Shown piece after piece: positions 57,196 to 64,000 of a DNA stretch of 64,000 nucleotides. This stretch comes from Elusimicrobiota bacterium (lineage in GTDB: Bacteria; Elusimicrobiota; Elusimicrobia; Elusimicrobiales; UBA9959): contig DAIENX010000008.1 in NCBI GenBank assembly GCA_027340875.1, positions 32,001-96,000 of the forward strand, in the 5' to 3' direction. The notes beneath the pieces were generated by a model. The model did no database searches. It was not told the DNA's origin and saw only the letters and a list, made by a program, of their open reading frames with translations. Position 1 is the first letter of the stretch, and each line of letters begins with the position of its first letter. A program made the translations under genes and the position numbers.

Positions 57196-57582
57196 TCAGT
57201 GCGAGGCCTGCTTCAGGAATTCCTGATAAGCGTTCCAGTCCATCAGCGAGGCGGACTCGCCCGGATCCGACGGCTTCATCTTGAAGATCCAGCCGTTCTC
57301 CAGCGGGGACTGGTTGAGGAGGGCCGGATCGCTGGTGACGGCCTCGTTGACCGCCGTGACCTCGCCCGAGACCGGCGCGTAGATGTCGAAAGCCGATTTC
57401 ACCGATTCCACCACGGCGCAGGGCTTCTCCTTCTCGAGCTTCTGGCCCACCTTGGGCAGCTCCACGAAGACCACGTCGCCCATCTCGTGCTGGGCGTGGT
57501 CGGAGATGCCGACCGCGGCTTCGCCGCCGGGGTGGAACCACTCGTGCGTCTTGGCGTATTTCACTTCTTCGGGTTTGGGCAT
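57196..57582 (-). CDS. gcvH: Glycine cleavage system H protein
   Basis: HEW, GISDHAQ..GDVVFVELP, lipoyl Lys in VESVK. Confidence 0.97.
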   Translation of the reverse strand: MPKPEEVKYAKTHEWFHPGGEAAVGISDHAQHEMGDVVFVELPKVGQKLEKEKPCAVVESVKSAFDIYAPVSGEVTAVNEAVTSDPALLNQSPLENGWIFKMKPSDPGESASLMDWNAYQEFLKQASH

Positions 57583-57621
57583 GTTATTCTCCTTGCGGAA
57601 CTATAGCTGAAAACGTCCGGC

Positions 57622-58749
57622 TCACTTGCCGGTGTAGAGGTCCTTGCTGAAGGCGGTCCCCTTGTGGAACGGCACGCGGGAGACCTCGGCCTTCACGCGG
57701 CGGCCGTGTATCTCCACCTCGAGCGCGGTACCCGGCTTCAGGTCCGGCGGGACGAGGTAGCCGACGCCTATGCCTTTCTTCAGCGTGGGGGAATAGGTGT
57801 CGCTGGCCAGGTCCCCGGCGTGCGCGCCGTCCTTGAAGACCTTGCAGCCGGGGCGCGGGACGCCGCCGGTGAGGGTGAGTCCGGTGAGTTTCCTGCCCAC
57901 GCCGCCCTGCTTCTGCGCGGCCAGCACCTCGCGCCCGATGAAATCGCCCTTGTCCAGGGATACCACCCAGCCGTAGTTGGCCTCGTAGGTGGTGTGCTCG
58001 TCGTCCACGTCCTGGCCGTAGAGCAGGTAGCCGGACTCGAGGCGCAGCGTGTCGCGGGCGCCTAGTCCGCAGGGGACTATGCCGTAGGGCTTGCCCAGCT
58101 CCATCATCTTTTCCCAGACGCGGTCTATCACCGAATGGGGAGCGGTAACCTCGAAACCGTCCTCTCCGGTGTAGCCGGTGCGGCTGACGTAACAGTGCTC
58201 GCCGAAGAGGTCCTTCTCCACTATGCCGAAGCGCGGCAGCTTCAGCGCCTCGGGGGCGAACTGCTCGAACATCAGCGGTACCTTGGGCCCCTGCACTGCG
58301 ACCATCGAAAAATCCTCGCTCCGGTTCTCTATCTTCACCAGCATCCTGGCCGACTGGGCCTTGAACCATTCGTAATCCTTGGTCGATGTCGCCGCGTTGA
58401 CTATCACGAGATAGCGGTCGGCCGCCAGGCAGAAAGCGATGATGTCGTCCACCAGGCCGGCCTTCTCGTTGGTGACGTGGGAGTAGACTCCTTTGCCGGG
58501 GGTGGCCTTGCGCAGGTCGTTGGCGTTGGTCAGCTGCAGCAGTTTGAAGGCGTCGGCGCCTGTCACGAAGACCTGGCCCATGTGGGAGACGTCGAAGATC
58601 CCGGCGGAGGCGCGTACGGCCTCGTGTTCCTTCAGGATGCCGGCGAACTGTATAGGCAGCTCCCAGCCGTGGAAGTCCACCATCTTACCGCCGTACTTCC
58701 TCATGGTCTCGTTGAGCGCGGTTCGGCGAAGGGTGGTTTCGGTGGACAT
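57622..58749 (-). CDS. gcvT: Aminomethyltransferase (T protein)
   Basis: FDVSHMG, SRTGYTGEDGFE, GLGARDTLRLE; GGAGG SD. Confidence 0.97.
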   Translation of the reverse strand: MSTETTLRRTALNETMRKYGGKMVDFHGWELPIQFAGILKEHEAVRASAGIFDVSHMGQVFVTGADAFKLLQLTNANDLRKATPGKGVYSHVTNEKAGLVDDIIAFCLAADRYLVIVNAATSTKDYEWFKAQSARMLVKIENRSEDFSMVAVQGPKVPLMFEQFAPEALKLPRFGIVEKDLFGEHCYVSRTGYTGEDGFEVTAPHSVIDRVWEKMMELGKPYGIVPCGLGARDTLRLESGYLLYGQDVDDEHTTYEANYGWVVSLDKGDFIGREVLAAQKQGGVGRKLTGLTLTGGVPRPGCKVFKDGAHAGDLASDTYSPTLKKGIGVGYLVPPDLKPGTALEVEIHGRRVKAEVSRVPFHKGTAFSKDLYTGK

Positions 58750-58832
58750 GGCTCCTCCAGTCACTCTGTTTTTCTTATCGGGAATAATAAATTTATAACA
58801 AATTTACGAAAAGGCGGGCAAGGACGGCGGTC

Positions 58833-58915
58833 TGACATGCGCTCCGTTCGCTTATGGCCGTGCGCTCCGGCCGCGCGGTTCCTGCGCACTAAAATCGCTC
58901 ACGGAGAGCATGTCA
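58833..58915. repeat. Nested palindromic element in the divergent gcvT / gre-like spacer
   Basis: TGACATGC/GCATGTCA and CTCCGT/ACGGAG enclose two small hairpins. Confidence 0.6.
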
Positions 58916-58973
58916 TCCCTGGGTATTAACGGGAGTTTATTGCGGAAATTCCGGTATTTTGTATTATGGGGGT

Positions 58974-59477
58974 ATGAGCAGGGCTTTCGTTAAAGAGGAC
59001 GGCTGCGAGGGCGGGGAGCCGGTCAGGCGGCAGGCTAGCGGCAAACCCAACTACGTGACGCCCGAAGGCCTGGAAGCGCTTAGGGCCAGGGCGTCCGGGC
59101 TGGCCTGGAAGCGCGCGGAACTGGTCTCTAGACAGCGGCCCGACGAGCCGAGGGGCCTGGAGCTGAGGCAGGCCGAGGTCGACCTGGAATACTACGAATC
59201 CCAGCTGAAGCGGGCCATCCTTGTGGACAACCGCGGGCTGGACGCCCGGGACGTGCGTTTCGGGGCCGTAGTCTCTGTCGTGGAGGAAGGCGGCGCCGCC
59301 AGGGAATACCGCATAGTGGGCGAGGATGAGGCGGACCCGGCCTCGGGCAAGCTCAACTGGAGCTCGCCGCTGGCGGCGGCGCTGCTCGGCGCTTCTTCAG
59401 GCGCCAAAGTGGCCCTGCCCAGGAAAGGCGGCGCGGCGCAGATAGAGATATTGTCCGTCTCCTACCCCGACGTCTAG
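58974..59477 (+). CDS. GreA/GreB family elongation factor-like protein
   Basis: MSRAFVKE, YVTPEG, VRFGA, IVGEDEAD, SPLA.ALLG. Confidence 0.85.
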   Translation: MSRAFVKEDGCEGGEPVRRQASGKPNYVTPEGLEALRARASGLAWKRAELVSRQRPDEPRGLELRQAEVDLEYYESQLKRAILVDNRGLDARDVRFGAVVSVVEEGGAAREYRIVGEDEADPASGKLNWSSPLAAALLGASSGAKVALPRKGGAAQIEILSVSYPDV

Positions 59478-59508
59478 AATAGTCGGGCTCGGGTCCGGGC
59501 CGTCCGCG

Positions 59509-60912
59509 TCACAGCGGGAGCTTGAATGTGAACTCGGACCCTTTTCCCGGTTCGCTTTCCACGGATATCGTTCCTCCGTGCAGTTCCACGATCCTCTTGG
59601 CGATGGCCAGGCCGAGGCCGTGGCTGGCTTCCCCGCCGGTAGGCGCCGCGCTTCCCCTGAAGAACGCGACAAAAAGTTTAGAGAGCTCTTCTTTCCTCAT
59701 CCCGAGCCCCTGGTCCTTCACACAGACCGCGAGGAGGCTTTCCTCTTTTTTCGCACCGAGCGTGACCGTAGTCCCTGGCTGGGAATACTTGATGGCGTTG
59801 GTGAGCAGGTTGTCCAGGACCTGCCGGATGCGGTCCGGATCCAGGCTGGCCGAGCCGATATCGGCCGGAACGGCCTCTTTCAGCGCTATCCCTTTCTTGC
59901 CGGCTATCAGCGCGTTGAAATCCAGGGCCTTCATCAACAGCTCCCTCACATCGGTCTCGCGGATGCGCAGTTCCACGCGTCCGCTGTTGATCTTGGAGAC
60001 GTCGAGCAGCTCGTTAATGAGGCCGAGCATCTTCTCCGACGACTCGGTTATCAGGTCCAGGGGTTTGGAACAGGAGGGGGCCTTGACCTCCTCCTTCAGC
60101 ATGTTCGCCAGCCCGATGATCCCCGAGATGGGGTTCCTGAGGTCGTGCGCTGCCATGCCCAGGAACTTGTCCTTGGTTTCGTTCAGCGCGGCCAGCTCGC
60201 TCTTCTGTTTCGACAGCCGGTCCATCAGCCGCCATATCAGGAAATAGATCGTCAGTACGAATAGAGCGAGGAGCAGGGCCGTGAGAACTACCATCGTGGC
60301 GAAGTTCCGGCGTATGTTACGCGCCACGGAGCCGAAAGGGAGGATGACGCTGATGGCGCCCATGACGTCCCCGGTCCTGTAGTGCTGGTCCGCGTGGCAG
60401 GAAAGGCAGTCCGGCTCGGCGTAGAGCGGCCGTATCAGCCTGTATTGCACGTTCCCCGGAGAGCCGGTGATCTCGTTCAGTTCCAGAGTTCCGCTCCCGA
60501 ACGTGGCCAGCGCGCCACGCTCCCAGTCATCGGGAGAATTCCGGGGGTTCAGCGGCCGGAGGCTGGTGAGGTGGAAGGTGAAGCCCCTTTCCAGTCTGGC
60601 GCGCTCGGAGATCTCGCGGATCATCACCGTGTGGTTCTTTTCCGTATAGACCTTTCCGCGGCTGTCCCTGATGTCGTTGTAGTCCAGGTAACCAGGGGCG
60701 GACTTGCCCTTTTTTTCCACGAACACTCCGCCGTAGTCGATGTTCCACTGGCGGACCAGCGTGGTGAGATCGGAGAGGGTCGACGCATGCCTGTAGGCCT
60801 GCTCTCTTAGCATGGAGTCCTGTTTGAAGGCCATGCCGAGCATGACGGAGCAGATCGTGGTGGTCAGGATCAGCCCTGCGCCCATGACGTAGTTCTTCGC
60901 CGTGGTTTCCAT
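59509..60912 (-). CDS. Sensor histidine kinase with periplasmic c-type heme (DUF3365-like) domain
   Basis: Two TM segments flank [13 protein letters not shown] and [27 protein letters not shown]. Confidence 0.9.
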   Translation of the reverse strand: METTAKNYVMGAGLILTTTICSVMLGMAFKQDSMLREQAYRHASTLSDLTTLVRQWNIDYGGVFVEKKGKSAPGYLDYNDIRDSRGKVYTEKNHTVMIREISERARLERGFTFHLTSLRPLNPRNSPDDWERGALATFGSGTLELNEITGSPGNVQYRLIRPLYAEPDCLSCHADQHYRTGDVMGAISVILPFGSVARNIRRNFATMVVLTALLLALFVLTIYFLIWRLMDRLSKQKSELAALNETKDKFLGMAAHDLRNPISGIIGLANMLKEEVKAPSCSKPLDLITESSEKMLGLINELLDVSKINSGRVELRIRETDVRELLMKALDFNALIAGKKGIALKEAVPADIGSASLDPDRIRQVLDNLLTNAIKYSQPGTTVTLGAKKEESLLAVCVKDQGLGMRKEELSKLFVAFFRGSAAPTGGEASHGLGLAIAKRIVELHGGTISVESEPGKGSEFTFKLPL

Positions 60913-60921
60913 GTGGCCTCC

Positions 60922-61698
60922 TTATGGCCGCAGGTTCAACTCGATGCCCACGGGGCAGTGGTCGGAGCCCTGCACGTCGGGCAGGATGAAGGCGTCCTTT
61001 ACGAGGGACGCTTTTTCCTTGTTGATGAAGTAGTAGTCTATTCTCCAGCCGACGTTCCGCTCGCGGGCGCGGGTCTTGTAGTCCCACCAGGTGTACTGGT
61101 CCGGCTCGGGGTGGAAGGCCCTGAAGGTGTCCACCCAGCCCTTGCCGGAGATCTTGTCCAGCCAGGCCCGCTCCACCGGCATGAACCCCGAGTTCTCCGC
61201 GTTCTCCTTCGGGCGCGCGAGGTCTATCTCGTTGTGGGCGGTGTTGACGTCGCCGCAGAAGATCACGGCCTTCCCGGTCTTGCGCAGCTTCTCTATATGG
61301 TCGAGAAAGGCGTCGTAGAAGTCCAGCTTGTACTTGAGACGCTCGGGGCCCTGGCCGCCGTTAGGGAAATAGACGTTCAGCAGGTAGAACTTCGGGTACT
61401 CGAGCGTTATCACGCGGCCTTCCGAGTCGAAGCGCTCCACGCCGAAGCCGTTGGAGACCTCCAGGGGCTCCTGCCTGTAGAAGGCCGCCACGCCGCTGTA
61501 GCCCTTGCGCTCGGCGCAGTTCCACGCGTACTTGTAGCCGGGGAAGTCCGTGTCCGCCGGGGAAAGTTGCTCCGGGCAGGACTTCACCTCCTGCAGGCCC
61601 AGGACGTCGGCGCCGCAGCCGTTGATGAAGGCGCCGAACCCCTTCTTCAGCGCGGCCCGGTAGCCGTTGACGTTCCAGGAGAGCAGCTTCAGGGGCAT
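60922..61698 (-). CDS. xth: Exodeoxyribonuclease III / AP endonuclease
   Basis: SWNVNG, LQEVK, GYSG, GDVN.AH, GWRIDY, SDHCP. Confidence 0.96.
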   Translation of the reverse strand: MPLKLLSWNVNGYRAALKKGFGAFINGCGADVLGLQEVKSCPEQLSPADTDFPGYKYAWNCAERKGYSGVAAFYRQEPLEVSNGFGVERFDSEGRVITLEYPKFYLLNVYFPNGGQGPERLKYKLDFYDAFLDHIEKLRKTGKAVIFCGDVNTAHNEIDLARPKENAENSGFMPVERAWLDKISGKGWVDTFRAFHPEPDQYTWWDYKTRARERNVGWRIDYYFINKEKASLVKDAFILPDVQGSDHCPVGIELNLRP

Positions 61699-61699
61699 A

Positions 61700-63064
61700 T
61701 CATTTCTGCAGAGCCTCGTGTATGGCCTCGGCCATCGTCGGGTGCGCGTAGATGATATCTTTCAGGTCCTTCTTCTTGAGCCTGAGCTTGACGGCCAGCG
61801 CCAGCACGTGGACGAGTTCCGTGGCCGGGCCTCCCACTATCTGCGCGCCTATGACCGTATCGTCCGCGGCGTCGAAGACCAGTTGCGCGAAACCTTCCGT
61901 CTCGTAGGCGGCTACGGCTTTGCCGATGCCGAGGTAGAAAGAGCGCGCCGTCTTCGCCGTCAGCCCCCTGGCCTCGGCCTGGGCCTTGTTCAGGCCCACC
62001 GAGCCGACCTCCGGCCAGGCGTAGACGCATTTGGGAACGATGGAGTCGTCGAAGGCATGGTCGCCGCCCATAATGTTCTCCGCCGCTATCTCGCCCTGGC
62101 GGGTGGCGGAGTGGGCGAGCAGGGAGATGCCGTTAACGTCGCCGACGGCGTATACGCCGGGAACGGAGGTACGCATGCGGTCGTCCACCTTGACCCCTTT
62201 CCTGTCCCAGGCCAGGCCTAGGGCCTCCAGCCCCATCCCGGTCAGGTCCGCCGCGCGGCCCGCGCCCACCAGTATCTCCTCGGCCTCCAGCTTGGAGCCG
62301 TCCTCCAGTTCCACGGTCTTGAGGCCGGGACCGGCCTTGATCGAGGCGGTCTTTTTCCCCAGGTGGAACTTCACGCCGCGCTTCTCGAAGGACGAGCGCA
62401 GCGTCCTTGTGACCTGAGGGTCCTCCCCGGCGAGTATGTCCGGCAGCAGCTCCATCACCTCCACTTTCACTCCGATGCCGTTGAAGAAGCAGGCGAACTC
62501 CAGGCCTATCACGCCTCCGCCCACTATCAGCAGGGACTTTGGCAGGCGCGGGAGATCGAAGATCCTGTCGGAATCCGTCAACGCGTCCTTGAAATCGCGG
62601 AAAGGAGGGGGGAACGACGGGCGCGTGCCGGCGGCGAGTATGGCCGCGTCGAAAGGGAACCTGGCCGCTCCACCGGGACCGGTGACCTCTATCTCCCCGG
62701 GACCCGCGAAGGCGGCCTTGCCGCGGATCACCGGTATCTTCCTGGCCTGGAAGAGCTTCTCCAGCGAGGAGCGGAGCTTGAGAACGACCCCGGCCCGCCT
62801 GGCCTTCACCTTCTCCCAGTCGAGCATGTCCGGGGAGAAATTGAAGCCGGAGGCTTCCTTCATCAGGCCGCGCAGACCCTCGAAGGCGTGAACCCGGTGG
62901 GCCGTGTCCAGGAAAGCCTTTGAAGGTATGCAGCCCCGGTTCAGGCAGGTGCCGCCGAAATCGGACGACTCCACTATGGAAACTTCGGCGCCCAGCTCCT
63001 TTAGGCGCAGCGCGGCCGGGTAGCCGCCTGGCCCCGAGCCGATGACTACGATCTTCTTTGGCAT
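61700..63064 (-). CDS. lpdA: Dihydrolipoyl dehydrogenase (likely GCS L protein)
   Basis: GSGPGGY, GGTCLNRGCIPSK, GGGVIGLE, HPTMAE. Confidence 0.95.
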   Translation of the reverse strand: MPKKIVVIGSGPGGYPAALRLKELGAEVSIVESSDFGGTCLNRGCIPSKAFLDTAHRVHAFEGLRGLMKEASGFNFSPDMLDWEKVKARRAGVVLKLRSSLEKLFQARKIPVIRGKAAFAGPGEIEVTGPGGAARFPFDAAILAAGTRPSFPPPFRDFKDALTDSDRIFDLPRLPKSLLIVGGGVIGLEFACFFNGIGVKVEVMELLPDILAGEDPQVTRTLRSSFEKRGVKFHLGKKTASIKAGPGLKTVELEDGSKLEAEEILVGAGRAADLTGMGLEALGLAWDRKGVKVDDRMRTSVPGVYAVGDVNGISLLAHSATRQGEIAAENIMGGDHAFDDSIVPKCVYAWPEVGSVGLNKAQAEARGLTAKTARSFYLGIGKAVAAYETEGFAQLVFDAADDTVIGAQIVGGPATELVHVLALAVKLRLKKKDLKDIIYAHPTMAEAIHEALQK

Positions 63065-63065
63065 G

Positions 63066-64000
63066 TTACTCTCCTGTCACGGGGTAGATGTCGAGCAGGA
63101 ACTTCTCGACCGCCATCAGGCCGTTCTTCAGCTTGGTGGAAAGCGTCTGGGAGAGCAGCGGCTCTATCTTCGGCTTGCGCAGCGGACCCGAGGCCGCGAG
63201 CGAGAGCCGGTTATCGCCTATGGCGGCTTCCAGCTGGGCGTTCGCGGTGGCCGAGCTGCCGTCAATGGAAAGGGAAGCGTTCAGGTCCATGAAGTTGGAG
63301 CGCAGCAGGATATCCTTGAGCGCGAGCACCGAGTCGTCCAGCGAGAAGCCTGCGCTTATGGTCCTGACCTCCACGTCCTCCACCGTCGGGGCGGGTTTGC
63401 CCATCGCGGCGGAGAAGAGCTTCAGGCTCTCGGCCACGCGCTTGCGGGCCGTCCCCTCGCTGGCCGGGACCACGAGGTTCTGGGCGCTGATCGAGGCGGT
63501 GTATTTTTTCTCGCCCAGCGGCTTGCGTATGTTCAGCAGGTCCCAGTCCGCCAGCAGCCTCTCTAGCGTGACCGCCCCATAGACCACCTCGTCGGCCTTC
63601 AGGGTGCCCTTGGCGGAGGACAGTCCGCCGTAGTCGAAGTTCGCGTCGGCGTAAAGTCCGAAGTTTGAGGAGACCAGCTTGCCTCCGTACACGGTCTTCA
63701 GCCTGCCGTCGGCCGCGAAGTTGTAGTTGCCGCCGTAGGCCGAGTAGTGGGAGAGACGGATATTGGTGCGCTCCATCGAGACGGACGCGCCGGTCTCGGC
63801 CATGTCGGCCTCTACGGTGGCGTTCCTGATGACGAGGTCGCTGATGTTCCAGGTGAGGTGGAGGCCTTTCGACGTGTCCGGCAGCAGGCGGAGGATGTCC
63901 TCGAAGTCCCAGCGGCCGCCGCTCTTCCTTATCTTTATGAGCGGGCTCTCCAGCGTGATCTCGGAGAAATATACCTTGTCGCGCAGCAGGTCCGCCAGGC
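63066..64000 (-). CDS. AsmA-like protein (5' end outside window)
   Basis: Frame stays open to the window end (EITLESPLIKIRKSGGRWDFEDIL); C-terminus SGPLRKPKI. Confidence 0.6.
   Translation of the reverse strand, partial: LADLLRDKVYFSEITLESPLIKIRKSGGRWDFEDILRLLPDTSKGLHLTWNISDLVIRNATVEADMAETGASVSMERTNIRLSHYSAYGGNYNFAADGRLKTVYGGKLVSSNFGLYADANFDYGGLSSAKGTLKADEVVYGAVTLERLLADWDLLNIRKPLGEKKYTASISAQNLVVPASEGTARKRVAESLKLFSAAMGKPAPTVEDVEVRTISAGFSLDDSVLALKDILLRSNFMDLNASLSIDGSSATANAQLEAAIGDNRLSLAASGPLRKPKIEPLLSQTLSTKLKNGLMAVEKFLLDIYPVTGE

Noticed and set aside
58750..58830. Glycine riboswitch before gcvT
   Set aside because: No GGAGA..CCGAAG..CTCAGG motifs; leader too short.

Overview
GC-rich bacterial chromosomal window, mostly housekeeping genes, with no integrase, transposase, CRISPR array or rRNA. 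Gene content and the frequent ATA (Ile) codons resemble Elusimicrobiota; this attribution is an unverified inference. In order, the window holds: a molybdenum-hydroxylase region (mocA, anion transporter, adenylate cyclase, xdhC, xdhAB-moaD, and a convergent CoxM/S/L-type operon); a PncC-like/nucleotidyltransferase-like gene; GT39 plus TPR genes; a TolC/MFP/MacB-type exporter; a hypoxanthine-DNA glycosylase; an anaerobe-type ROS/NO defence block (rubredoxin, desulfoferrodoxin, Tpx, rubrerythrin, Rrf2, qNor); a nearly complete de novo purine cluster (purE, C, S, L, Q, F, D, M, fused purN-purH, purB, short purA); tRNA-Phe; rlmI-like, DUF62, pyrE-like and asmA genes; the glycine cleavage system with a lipoyl ligase and lpdA; two-component genes; and xth. 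The most interesting signals are non-coding. (1) The purB-purA leader has mutually exclusive antiterminator/terminator hairpins that could be switched by G-versus-A start-site choice (hypothesis). (2) A three-copy family of structured intergenic elements shows compensatory base changes. (3) At least five genes have a -10 box 5-6 nt before the ATG, the pattern of leaderless mRNAs.
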